A DNA stretch of 64,000 nucleotides from an uncultured Gammaproteobacteria bacterium (GCA_964352335.1 CAYGRO010000001.1:31830-95829); one strand, 5' to 3'. Positions 28,922 to 37,948 are shown, numbered from the stretch's first letter. Translations and numbers: made by a program. The notes: generated by a model from the sequence alone, not told the origin.

Positions 28922-29686
28922 CTACACAATATGGTTGAGAAATTCTTTTCCAAGTCTTTCATAAGCGCGTGCTCCTTTTGATTTTGCATCGTACTCAAAA
29001 ATAGAGAGACCATGACTAGGTGATTCTGTTAAACGCACATTACGTGGAATGGCGGTCCTATAAACATGATAAGGGAAATGCTGATACAACTCTTCTAATA
29101 CTTGTTGTGATAATTTATTTCGTTTATCGAACATGGTAATAACAGCTCCTCGTACTTTTAATTCTGGTTTTAAATGTTGCTGAACAAGATTTACTGTTTG
29201 TAATAATTGCCCTAATCCTTCCAAAGCATAATACTCTGATTGTACAGGAATTAAGACCTCATCGGAAGCAACTAATGCATTGATTGTGAGTAAACCAAGT
29301 GACGGTGGACAATCAATTAAAATATAATCGTAATCATTTCGAATTTGTAAAATTTGTTTTGTTAATTGAAATTCTCTTTCTTCCATATCAACAAGCTCAA
29401 CAGGAGCACCAGCTAAAGAAACATTCGCAGGAGCACATCTATACCCATCTACACTGGTTGTGCAAATAATATCTCGAAAGTTTTTTTCTCCAATCAAAAC
29501 ATCATACATTCCATGCTCCAAACTTCTATAATCTATCCCTAAACCAGATGAAGCATTCGCTTGTGGGTCAAGATCAATAAGCAAAACAAACTTCCCTTGA
29601 GCTGCCAAAGCAGCACCAAGGTTGATAGCGGTAGTTGTTTTTCCTACCCCACCTTTTTGATTTACGATTGAAATTACTTTAGCCAT
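28922..29686 (-). CDS. parA: Chromosome partitioning ATPase ParA/Soj
   Basis: Deviant Walker A motif KGGVGKTTT; start placed at MAKVISIVNQKGG. Confidence 0.85.
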   Translation of the reverse strand: MAKVISIVNQKGGVGKTTTAINLGAALAAQGKFVLLIDLDPQANASSGLGIDYRSLEHGMYDVLIGEKNFRDIICTTSVDGYRCAPANVSLAGAPVELVDMEEREFQLTKQILQIRNDYDYILIDCPPSLGLLTINALVASDEVLIPVQSEYYALEGLGQLLQTVNLVQQHLKPELKVRGAVITMFDKRNKLSQQVLEELYQHFPYHVYRTAIPRNVRLTESPSHGLSIFEYDAKSKGARAYERLGKEFLNHIV

Positions 29687-29800
29687 AGATAGGGGTATTA
29701 TAGCAGAAAACAAAGATCTGAACACTAATCAAAAAAGGGCATGAGTACGCTTTTTTATGGTACTCCGTTGTGGAGGATGTTAGAACAATTACTTCAATGA

Positions 29801-30622
29801 CTACTCTTGAGTATTTGAACTTACCATTTCTCTAAGTCTTGCTAATCGTTCTATAAATACAGTTATTCTCTCGTCCTTACTATCTCCAAATTCCTCATTT
29901 ACAACCTTCTCAATATCATCCACATCTTTATTGCTCAGAGCACCTGTCTTAACCAGCTCGTCTAGATCGTTCTGATGATATGGAGCTCTAAAGGTTGAAT
30001 ATAACTTGTAATAAGCAACTCTAGCAGGATGAGACATATTAAGTTGAACACCGTTAAACCCTACCTCTACTGGTTTCAGCCATCGTTCAGGTAATTTCCC
30101 ATCATAAATCCCTAATGGGATGCCAGATGAATCTCGCTTAACAATATGAACTTCAATATTTGGTAATGGGACATCAGAAAGTATTGTCCCCCTTTCATCA
30201 ATTGCTGCAATTATTCTTTTTTTCTTTGGAACGTCTTCTTTATAATCATCTGCCGTTACATGCTGCATCACCTTGTCTCCATCTTGACGGTATGACCAAA
30301 AGAAAGCATATCCCCTTTTCATGAGCTCTTTTTCAAGTGTCTCTAGTTCGTCTCTCTCAAACGAAATATCTATATCTTTATGCAACCCAATAAACTCATC
30401 TTGTCGTAATGAAACATTGGGAGCGCCATCAATAATCCAAACAACTGGAATATCCTGAAATAACTCGCCAAGCTTTTGAAAGTCGTTTCTCATTCTCTCT
30501 TTTTCCTCTTCGGTTGCATCTGGTCTTACTTGCAATTCTTCATTATCCTCAAACCTACCACGAGAGCGAGCAAACCAATCATACTTTTGGATTTTATTGT
30601 TTGGAAATTGTGGTTCTTTCAT
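29801..30622 (-). CDS. Hypothetical protein, possible nucleotidyltransferase fold
   Basis: 273 aa; WIIDGAPNVSLRQDEFIGLHKDIDISF resembles the Pol-beta-like G[GS/A]…DhDh motif. The match is weak. Confidence 0.3.
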   Translation of the reverse strand: MKEPQFPNNKIQKYDWFARSRGRFEDNEELQVRPDATEEEKERMRNDFQKLGELFQDIPVVWIIDGAPNVSLRQDEFIGLHKDIDISFERDELETLEKELMKRGYAFFWSYRQDGDKVMQHVTADDYKEDVPKKKRIIAAIDERGTILSDVPLPNIEVHIVKRDSSGIPLGIYDGKLPERWLKPVEVGFNGVQLNMSHPARVAYYKLYSTFRAPYHQNDLDELVKTGALSNKDVDDIEKVVNEEFGDSKDERITVFIERLARLREMVSSNTQE

Positions 30623-30798
30623 AGGCTTCTATATTACCACAATCCCCCCCCTGATACCTCTATAAATCCCTCCCCGTTAACAAGGCTTGGCTGTGTCACG
30701 TGAATCGCACGGTTAAATAGGGTGGCAACGTATAAGCCTCGTCACCTAGGCCACGTTGCCCACGTAAAAATCGCACTATTACTAGTGCGATTTTTACG

Positions 30799-30883
30799 TG
30801 GTACCCGAGGAGGGACTCGAACCCTCAAGCCCGAAGGCATACGATTTTGAGTCGTACGCGTCTACCAGTTCCGCCACTCGGGC
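30799..30883 (-). tRNA. tRNA-Leu(CAA)
   Basis: Reverse complement GCCCGAGTGGCGGAACTGGTAGACGCGTACGACTCAAAATCGTATGCCTTCGGGCTTGAGGGTTCGAGTCCCTCCTCGGGTACCA, with a long variable arm and anticodon CAA. Confidence 0.85.
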
Positions 30884-30925
30884 ACAAATTGTGCATGTGC
30901 CTTAGCAAATACCAATACCCAATAA

Positions 30926-30965
30926 TCTGAGTAAGATCATATTAGAAGACGAACCTTTTACTGTC
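30926..30965. terminator. Hairpin ACGAACCTTT…AAAGGTTCGT between tRNA-Leu and tRNA-fMet
   Basis: Perfect 10-bp stem. Confidence 0.6.
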
Positions 30966-31007
30966 AAAGGTTCGTAATCAAAAACCCACCACAAAGTGAT
31001 GGATTTT

Positions 31008-31083
31008 TGGTTGCGGGGTCCGGACTCGAACCGGAAATCTCCAGGTTATGGGCCTGGCGAGATGCCAATTTCTCTACCCCGCG
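31008..31083 (-). tRNA. Initiator tRNA-fMet(CAU)
   Basis: Reverse complement CGCGGGGTAGAGAAATTGGCATCTCGCCAGGCCCATAACCTGGAGATTTCCGGTTCGAGTCCGGACCCCGCAACCA. Shows the initiator hallmark C1·A72 mismatch and anticodon CAU, and position 33 appears to be C. Confidence 0.85.
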
Positions 31084-31228
31084 CCACGTAAAATTCGATA
31101 GATCGAATCACGTGGCTCGCCGTAGAGATAATTTTAATAAACAAAAATGCTCCTGTCGGAGTGGTATTACAATAATACGAATACTCAATTTTGTCAATAT
31201 ATCCCTTGTTTCACTGTAAATACATGTT

Positions 31229-31654
31229 ATGATTACCCTATCATTAATATTATCTCCTATGTCTGAAAACACAACCCCAATGGATCAAACAGAGCCACAA
31301 GAAGAAGTTCCAGCAAACTTAACTTGTGAACAATTTTGGACTTTAGAAAGTAAGGGCGAACGTCCAACAGTTTTAGATGTACGCGAAGAACATGAATGGG
31401 ATGAAGGTCATATCGACTGGGCAACCCATCTTCCATTAGGAAAAATCGAAACAGATGCAGAATCAATTTTGCCGAATAAAAGCGATACGATTATTACTTG
31501 CTGCGCCCTCGGTGGACGCGGTGAGCAGGCAGCTGCAAAACTAAAAGAGATGGGATATTCCAATGTTAAAAATCTTTCTGGGGGTTATACCGGTTATTGT
31601 GCAAAAGATGAAGTTGTTGACGAAGAATCTGAAGAAGCATTTTTTGCAAATTAG
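31229..31654 (+). CDS. Rhodanese-domain sulfurtransferase
   Basis: Rhodanese fold with active-site Cys in CCALGGRG and …LDVREEHEW…. Confidence 0.75.
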   Translation: MITLSLILSPMSENTTPMDQTEPQEEVPANLTCEQFWTLESKGERPTVLDVREEHEWDEGHIDWATHLPLGKIETDAESILPNKSDTIITCCALGGRGEQAAAKLKEMGYSNVKNLSGGYTGYCAKDEVVDEESEEAFFAN

Positions 31655-31755
31655 GTTTGTACAACTCACAACAGACCACTGACAACTGACTTTGTTTGTG
31701 TCTGGTTCGTCTGGATTAATCTGGCACGTCTAAACATGTCTCGCGCAAGCGCATT

Positions 31756-32691
31756 ATGAACATTTTTTTTGACATTCTTATTTTTGGGTTTTTAGTTTTT
31801 GATATCCTCATTGCTATTTGGTTTATCAAAAAAAAGAAGCCACAACTCAACCGATCAAAATCCTTCTCATTTATAACATTGGCATTCATTGCTTGGGGGG
31901 TTATTTTTTATGGGAGTTTTATTGCACCAAAACGAGTTAGTGTTGACCATCAAACAATAAACTTGTCAGATTCACCAAAGGAAACTATTACTGTGGCCAT
32001 CATTTCAGATCTACATGTTGGGCCATACAAAAAAGAAGATTACTTGCAAAAGGTCATTAATAAAATTATTGATCAAAAACCAAACCTTGTTTTTATTGCA
32101 GGTGATTTTGTTTCAGACTCAATTGAGGAAGTAGGCTACCTAGCCCCATTAAAAACACTCACTCAAACTATTCCAACATATGCCGTCTTAGGAAATCACG
32201 ATTATGATTTATCAGGAGCAGATGATGAAATTGATGACGAATTGGCTCAAAAAATAAGGACCGAACTCAATTCTTTGGGAGTAATACTTATGGAAGATGA
32301 AAGCCGTCCATTAGCTAGTGGCAAACTTTGGATAACAGGATCTCAAGAAATTTGGACAAATAGGAATGATCTATCATCAGCATTAAAAACACGCTCCAAC
32401 CCAGAACTCCCCTCTATTTTGCTCACCCATAATCCAGATATTATCGAACAACTCCAACCAGAAGACGAGGTACAGTTAGTGATCGCTGGCCATACACATG
32501 GTGGACAAATCCGCCTCCCCTTTCTTGGTCCAATCGGGATTATCCCAAATGTGCTAGGCCAAAAATATGACCAAGGTTTTTTTGATTACAATGGAGTAAA
32601 ATTATTCATCACCAGCGGATTAGGAGAATCTGGTCCACGCGCGAGATTATTTAATCCGCCAGAAATAGTGATGATGGAGATTGGGTTTTAA
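31756..32691 (+). CDS. Membrane-anchored metallophosphoesterase (calcineurin-like)
   Basis: Motifs DLHVGP, GDFV, GNHDY and GHTHGG. Confidence 0.75.
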   Translation: MNIFFDILIFGFLVFDILIAIWFIKKKKPQLNRSKSFSFITLAFIAWGVIFYGSFIAPKRVSVDHQTINLSDSPKETITVAIISDLHVGPYKKEDYLQKVINKIIDQKPNLVFIAGDFVSDSIEEVGYLAPLKTLTQTIPTYAVLGNHDYDLSGADDEIDDELAQKIRTELNSLGVILMEDESRPLASGKLWITGSQEIWTNRNDLSSALKTRSNPELPSILLTHNPDIIEQLQPEDEVQLVIAGHTHGGQIRLPFLGPIGIIPNVLGQKYDQGFFDYNGVKLFITSGLGESGPRARLFNPPEIVMMEIGF

Positions 32692-32700
32692 TTCGTGACC

Positions 32701-32776
32701 CCCTGCCTGCCAGCAAGCCCCTCGTCCAATCCACTTTGTGGATTAGACGTTTCCCTCCCTTTTCAAGAGAGGGATT
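32701..32776. repeat. GC-rich repeat module containing an inverted-orientation copy of the CCCTCTC/GGGAGGG hairpin
   Basis: tccctcccttttcaagagaggga is the reverse complement of the motif at 33285; a degenerate CCTGCCTGCC is also present. Confidence 0.55.
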
Positions 32777-32845
32777 TTCATTAGTCGAAGTTTCTGATAT
32801 AATGATCTAAGAACTCCCCACAATATCTTGCTGGGGTGTTTTTTT

Positions 32846-33265
32846 ATGTCTCTAAAGTTTTCAGAATTTAAGTTATCAGATCTTTATTATAAACAGTTAA
32901 GTGAAAAAGGTTATTTAGAACCAGTGAGTAAGTCATTTATCGAATCTGTACGCGTTTTACGAAAAAACATGACTCCTGCAGAAAAGATTGTTTGGAGTTT
33001 TTTACGAAGAAAGCAACTTAAAGGTATAAAATTTCTTCGTCAACACCCAATCAATGGGTATGTTGTTGACTTTTATAGTAGAGAAAAATCACTTGCAATC
33101 GAAGTAGATGGATCTATTTATCAAGATTATTTTGTAAGAATAAAAGATATAGCAAGACAAAGACTTTTAGAACAATATGGTGTGCAGTTTTTACGATTCA
33201 AAAATGAAGAAGTCTATGAAAATATCGAACAGGTCATTCAAACAATAGAAGAAACCATAAGCTAA
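32846..33265 (+). CDS. DUF559 / Vsr-like endonuclease-domain protein
   Basis: …PAEKIVWSFLRRKQLKGIKFLRQHPINGYVVDFY…LAIEVDG… matches the DUF559 restriction-endonuclease-like fold. Confidence 0.6.
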   Translation: MSLKFSEFKLSDLYYKQLSEKGYLEPVSKSFIESVRVLRKNMTPAEKIVWSFLRRKQLKGIKFLRQHPINGYVVDFYSREKSLAIEVDGSIYQDYFVRIKDIARQRLLEQYGVQFLRFKNEEVYENIEQVIQTIEETIS

Positions 33266-33280
33266 AGTCTCTTTACTGCT

Positions 33281-33360
33281 CCCCTCTCTTGAAAAGGGAG
33301 GGAAATGTGCCGTGCCCACAGAGCACAAGCGAGGGAGCTTGCCTGCCGGCAGGCAGGGGT
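33281..33360. repeat. GC-rich composite repeat with all three modules (CCCTCTC-GGGAGGG, GTGC..GCAC, CTTGCCTGCC-GGCAGGCAGG)
   Basis: Closest copy is 306-366 plus 21139-21160. Confidence 0.65.
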
Positions 33361-33420
33361 TCATATTTGACAAACCTCATCCAAAAGCACAAGATAAAAA
33401 TGGAAGAAGGAGGTTTCCAA

Positions 33421-34089
33421 ATGACTCGGATTTTACTTATAGCAATCGTCGTTTTCTCAGGGATTTGTGCAAGTGGGTGTGGCCCGCTCATGAAGTCTCT
33501 GTCAAAAAAGCCTGGTCCCTCAAAGCCATTCATCGTGGCTCGAGCGACCAACGGCAATACCGCAGGAGTGACAACTCAGTCGACTTCACCCCTGCGCTTG
33601 TTCGAAGGTGGCATTGGCACCGTTACCACCATGTCACTCACGTTCAACAAGCTCATCTACACGCTCCAGTCGGAGATGAGCCCTAACGAACTAAGAGAGC
33701 GTAACCCTCGCGTGACGATGCGGTTTGGAAACACCACCCGAACGGTAGACGTCCAAATCTCTGAAACGGGAATTCATGAGGTCCAATTCCTCAACCTCAA
33801 TGTCCGACTGCTCGGGAATATCAACCAAGAGCAACCGCAGATCAATACGATCGAAGACATCGAGTCCCTCCCCGACTACGCACAAGTTCTCGCCCTCGGC
33901 CTCTTCATCAACGGCGTACCACATGAGGACGACGGGACGAACTTTCTCCTAACCCTGGTCAAAGCTGAGACAGAGGTCCAGCAAATCCCAGGACAATTCC
34001 TCACCGAAGAGGAAAAGGAGCCAAATGAGTGGCCTCTCAATAGCCCCGGGTACAACGTGACCTGGGTCAACGAAGAACTCGCCAAGTAA
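33421..34089 (+). CDS. Lipoprotein, hypothetical, high-GC (about 50%)
   Basis: AGGAGG-N9-ATG; signal peptide plus lipobox (ICASGC). GC far above the flanks. Confidence 0.55.
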   Translation: MTRILLIAIVVFSGICASGCGPLMKSLSKKPGPSKPFIVARATNGNTAGVTTQSTSPLRLFEGGIGTVTTMSLTFNKLIYTLQSEMSPNELRERNPRVTMRFGNTTRTVDVQISETGIHEVQFLNLNVRLLGNINQEQPQINTIEDIESLPDYAQVLALGLFINGVPHEDDGTNFLLTLVKAETEVQQIPGQFLTEEEKEPNEWPLNSPGYNVTWVNEELAK

Positions 34090-34125
34090 CACCAACCCAG
34101 GAGGACGCTTGCTCCGGCATGCATC

Positions 34126-34160
34126 GCAGGTCGTACTTCAATGTGCGACCTGCTTTCTTA
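34126..34160 (+). terminator. Terminator GCAGGTCG…CGACCTGCTTTCTT
   Basis: An 8-bp stem followed by a T-rich tract. Confidence 0.5.
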
Positions 34161-34239
34161 TTGACAAAATCTTCAAAAATAGGCAATATACTCATACAAG
34201 AAAACGTTGCCTCGCAGCGTTTTTACATATCTCAAATAT

Positions 34240-34315
34240 GGCGATGTAGCTCAGGGGTTAGAGCGATGCCTTCATAAGGCAGAGGTCGGTGGTTCAATTC
34301 CACCCATCGCTACCA
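34240..34315 (+). tRNA. tRNA-Met(CAU), elongator; possibly tRNA-Ile2
   Basis: GGCGATGTAGCTCAGGGGTTAGAGCGATGCCTTCATAAGGCAGAGGTCGGTGGTTCAATTCCACCCATCGCTACCA. The 1-72 pair is a G·U wobble rather than a mismatch. Confidence 0.8.
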
Positions 34316-34386
34316 AACTAGACTCAGGACTTTCCTGGGTCTTTTTGTTTGCTATAATAAATTTAGACTTAAAGCTTTATCTCCCT

Positions 34387-34842
34387 ATGAAAAAACTTCT
34401 CATCTCACTCGCCCTTCCTCTTCTCACCGGCTTTGCTGGGTCATTTTTTACTATGAACTCTATCCCAACCTGGTATGCAACGCTAAACCGACCAGAACTT
34501 GCCCCCCCAAATTGGATATTTGGCCCAGTCTGGACTACGCTTTATTTGCTCATGGGGTATGCATGTTATCTTATTTGGAAAAGTAACCATAAACAGAAAA
34601 AACAAGCACTTACACTTTATGGTATTCAATTAGGCCTTAATGCAATTTGGTCACCAATCTTTTTCGGAGCACAAAATTTTGCTTACTCACTAGGAGTGAT
34701 TGCTCTATTAGACCTAACCGTTATTGCTACTATGATTAGTTTTTCCAAAATAAACAAAAAAGCATCCATGCTCCTCCTCCCTTATTTAGCATGGATCCTT
34801 TTTGCAAGTTATTTAAACTATCAATTTTTTATTCTCAACTAA
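34387..34842 (+). CDS. tspO: TspO/MBR tryptophan-rich sensory protein
   Basis: …PPNWIFGPVWTTLYLLMGYA… and a five-transmembrane architecture. The track ORF begins earlier because it reads through the tRNA. Confidence 0.8.
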   Translation: MKKLLISLALPLLTGFAGSFFTMNSIPTWYATLNRPELAPPNWIFGPVWTTLYLLMGYACYLIWKSNHKQKKQALTLYGIQLGLNAIWSPIFFGAQNFAYSLGVIALLDLTVIATMISFSKINKKASMLLLPYLAWILFASYLNYQFFILN

Positions 34843-35141
34843 TCTGCTTTTTTCCCTGTTACACGTTGAGAAATTTTATTCGAATACTTTCCTAAAATAA
34901 TGGTAATAATCACCACAATAATTGTAATAACAAAAGCATAAATAAACTGCGCCCAAACACTTTCTTCTGGCTTAGGAAAAAACAAAGTAAATGCCGCTTT
35001 AATCGCATCATTCCAAGCCAAAGCAGCCACCAAACCAAACCCAGCTGCAGCCAATGTATTAATTTTAGAAATAACACTCTCTGCTAATTTAGCAGCCTTA
35101 TTCGCCTCCTCTTTCGTTTGTTCTTTTTTCTTTTTCGCCAT
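34839..35141 (-). CDS. Small membrane protein, hypothetical
   Basis: 100 aa with a Lys-rich N-terminus and two transmembrane segments. Confidence 0.5.
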   Translation of the reverse strand: MAKKKKEQTKEEANKAAKLAESVISKINTLAAAGFGLVAALAWNDAIKAAFTLFFPKPEESVWAQFIYAFVITIIVVIITIILGKYSNKISQRVTGKKAD

Positions 35142-35212
35142 AAAAATAGATTAACTTGTATTACCATCATACAAAATTTGTCTTCAATCAACAAGCATAC
35201 GTACAATCAAAA

Positions 35213-35350
35213 AAGCGCTAATGGGGTCTGGGGGAATTGCGCTTCTGAGAACTAAATAGATGTGCAAATCAAGCAAGAAGCTCCCAAGTTCCCCCAGCGG
35301 GTTTTTGCTTCGTTTTTGCCCGCCCAAAAATGAAGGCCCGCGCGGCGAGC
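35213..35350 (+). ncRNA. Conserved ~138-nt structured element, copy 2
   Basis: See 21224-21362; conserved blocks and a compensatory helix. Confidence 0.6.
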
Positions 35351-35439
35351 GCATTGACCAACATTCTTTAATAAGAAAACATACACAAATAGAAACACCA
35401 CCGCCTTACTCTTCTCTTGCGAGTTTTCAGGGGTGGTGT

Positions 35440-36912
35440 TTACCGGCCGTTAAGCCAGTTGCGAAAGGAAGTAAAGAAGCTGGTGGGCTTCAATTTGATT
35501 TCGCTAGAGAGGCAAGCTTCGAGGGCTTGCTTCATCTCTTCGGGGGTCTTGTACCTTTTTTCTGGGCTTTTCTCCATCGCTTTCTTGAGGACCTTACAGA
35601 ACCTCTTCGTCAGCTTTGGTGACCCCTCGGGCAAAAGGTCATTTGGATGCGGAGGCTTCCTATAGAGCACCGCCTTGAAGAGTTCACCCAGATTCTTGCC
35701 ATGGAATGGCTTTTGCCCTGTTGCAAGGTAGAACAATGTCCCCCCCACAGAGCAAAGATCTGACATGATCGTCACCCGCTGACCGTCCACCTGCTCAGGG
35801 GACATGTAGTCGGGTGTGCCGATGATCAACCCGGCGATGGAAAGGGTTTCCGTCTCCGTATTAATCGTGACAAGCTCTTCAATGACGTCCAAAGAAACTC
35901 CTCCACCGTCTCGCTTGTCCTCGGCATTACTTCGAGAGCAGCCATAGTCAAGCAATTTGATGGTACCGTCACTCTGGATCACGATGTTTTCAGGCTTGAT
36001 GTCACGATGCACAATTTTCAGCACATCGTGAGCAACCTGTAGCACCGAGCATAACTGAAGCCCAATATGAATAGCCTCCACTTCAGAAAAGGCTCCCTTG
36101 CTCTGGACAGCTTGTTTTAGGTTTTGGCCCTCAACAAACTCTTCAACAGAAACAAGTCCAAAGTCCTCTACCAAAAGCGCGATTGGACGCACCGAGTAGG
36201 GAGAGAGAATCTTTCCCTGCAACTCGAAGGCCCGACTCACGCGCTTACACAACTCGAGCACGGACTCAGAGTCGCCAACGGTATTGAAGTGAATTTTGAT
36301 AGCCACGTCTTGCTGTGTCGCCAGGTCAAGACCACGAACAACTCGGCCGTTGCTTCCAAGACCGATTTGCTCAATGAGCTTGAAGCGATCGTGCAAGACA
36401 GCCTTTTTCGCGATGGCGATATTGATACGACCAGTGACCAACTTTGCAGCAAGGTCACATGACTCCACTTGGACAGAGTCATTCACCGTATCAGCCCCAT
36501 CACAGTCAGCGAGATGTGCAGCAACCTCATCGACAACAGGCGTCCCAATGGACACCACCTCGGACGGGTTGTTCACAACAACTTCAACGGAGCTAGGAAT
36601 TTGACTCCGCGAAACCAATCGCACAGTCCCACCTGTATCGCTCAGCCTTGCCAGCTCTCGCCGACTAAAGCGATCTGAAGCAGTGCGAGCAATCTCCTTA
36701 GCAACATTGGGCTCTTCTGGCTTCTTCAAATGACCCTGGTTGGTGATCGAAAGAAGAAGCTTGCACTTCGCACACTTGAATTCGAGAATCCCCTCCTCGA
36801 TCATGGGGTTAATGTCACGAACCCAAGAATAGCGCTTAGCCGTTTTGGCCGGGCTACACCGTGGACACGGTTGATACAATGGCACCTGAGGGCGCCGCTT
36901 TTTGTCAGTCAA
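35440..36912 (-). CDS. Hanks-type Ser/Thr protein kinase with an N-terminal zinc ribbon; high GC (about 52%); TTG start with a strong SD
   Basis: HRDIKPENI, DYG and GTPDYMSPE motifs. N-terminal CPRC…CAKC. AGGAGG lies 7 nt upstream of TTG. Confidence 0.75.
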   Translation of the reverse strand: MTDKKRRPQVPLYQPCPRCSPAKTAKRYSWVRDINPMIEEGILEFKCAKCKLLLSITNQGHLKKPEEPNVAKEIARTASDRFSRRELARLSDTGGTVRLVSRSQIPSSVEVVVNNPSEVVSIGTPVVDEVAAHLADCDGADTVNDSVQVESCDLAAKLVTGRINIAIAKKAVLHDRFKLIEQIGLGSNGRVVRGLDLATQQDVAIKIHFNTVGDSESVLELCKRVSRAFELQGKILSPYSVRPIALLVEDFGLVSVEEFVEGQNLKQAVQSKGAFSEVEAIHIGLQLCSVLQVAHDVLKIVHRDIKPENIVIQSDGTIKLLDYGCSRSNAEDKRDGGGVSLDVIEELVTINTETETLSIAGLIIGTPDYMSPEQVDGQRVTIMSDLCSVGGTLFYLATGQKPFHGKNLGELFKAVLYRKPPHPNDLLPEGSPKLTKRFCKVLKKAMEKSPEKRYKTPEEMKQALEACLSSEIKLKPTSFFTSFRNWLNGR

Positions 36913-37041
36913 AGCACCCTCCTAAGGTACGTGGTTGAAAAGAACAATCCGACGATTGAGAATACAATTCTTACGCCGATCCGTCAATACTATAACCAAA
37001 ACTAGGGGTTTTACGCAACTTTTGCTAAAATAGTTCTACTT

Positions 37042-37947
37042 ATGAAAAAAATAACCATACAAACGCTTTTAATCCTCGTTTTAGGGCTATCCCCCTTGCA
37101 AACTTTTGCCTACGAGAAAAAAACGCCCTATGAAGATTTCACTTCTTGGTATTTAAGAGAATCAGGAAGAGAAATCAAACCGTATACAGCATCTGCTCTT
37201 ATAGACGCAGAAACATTAGAACCGCTTCATTATCATGCAGAAGAACAGCCAATCCCAACTGCTAGTTTGGTAAAATTATTTACTGCAAAAACGATATTAC
37301 TCTACCCACAAAACTGGTCAGAACTATTATCATTTACAAATGCAGATAATGAAACAAGTTTACGCCCTCATGTAAACCCAAAAGATTTTATCCCAATTAT
37401 TCGCATGCAATCTGGTGACACCCTTACCCGACTCGATGCTTTTGCAGGAATGCTTATAGCGAGCGCAAATAATGCACCTTATGCTTTAGCAAGAACAGTT
37501 GCTTTTTCACTAGATGAATTTGTTTCGGTTATGAATGCAACAGCAAAGGAATTAGGTATGACAAATACCCACCTGGTAGAACCGAGTGGTTTGTCGTTAG
37601 AGAATATGAGCACAGCCAAAGATCTCGTTCATGGTGGATGCCAAGTATATAAAGAAGAAATGGTAAAAAAATACGCCGGTTATAGTTATTATAAATTCCA
37701 AACCACACTAGCTGAAGAAAAAATATTTACTCATACCCTGTATTCCCTTCGTTATGACTTAGATTATTCAGTTTATACTGCAGCTAAAACTGGTTACATA
37801 GATGAAACAGGCTATCATGTCATCGCAGAGATGAAAACACCAAAAGGTAAAACTGTTTGCGCCGCAATACTTGGTGCCGACTCTCGAGCAAGATTAGACG
37901 AAATGCTTCTCGCCATGAGACTATGGCTAGATGAAATGTATTTGTGA
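37042..37947 (+). CDS. D-alanyl-D-alanine carboxypeptidase (peptidase S11 / PBP5 family)
   Basis: Signal peptide, SxxK (SLVK) and KTG motifs. Confidence 0.7.
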   Translation: MKKITIQTLLILVLGLSPLQTFAYEKKTPYEDFTSWYLRESGREIKPYTASALIDAETLEPLHYHAEEQPIPTASLVKLFTAKTILLYPQNWSELLSFTNADNETSLRPHVNPKDFIPIIRMQSGDTLTRLDAFAGMLIASANNAPYALARTVAFSLDEFVSVMNATAKELGMTNTHLVEPSGLSLENMSTAKDLVHGGCQVYKEEMVKKYAGYSYYKFQTTLAEEKIFTHTLYSLRYDLDYSVYTAAKTGYIDETGYHVIAEMKTPKGKTVCAAILGADSRARLDEMLLAMRLWLDEMYL

Positions 37948-37948
37948 A

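Noticed and set aside
31007-31219. Track ORFs overlapping tRNA genes (31007-31219, 52309-52521, 48148-48348, and the 5' part of 34207-34842)
   Set aside because: They read through or opposite well-formed tRNA genes (fMet, Gly, Cys, Met) and have no RBS or family signal. They are spurious.
35260-35665. ORFs 35260-35622 and 35417-35665 overlapping the conserved structured element and the kinase 3' end
   Set aside because: They overlap the candidate ncRNA and the kinase CDS. The region is better explained as RNA plus terminator; no RBS is present.
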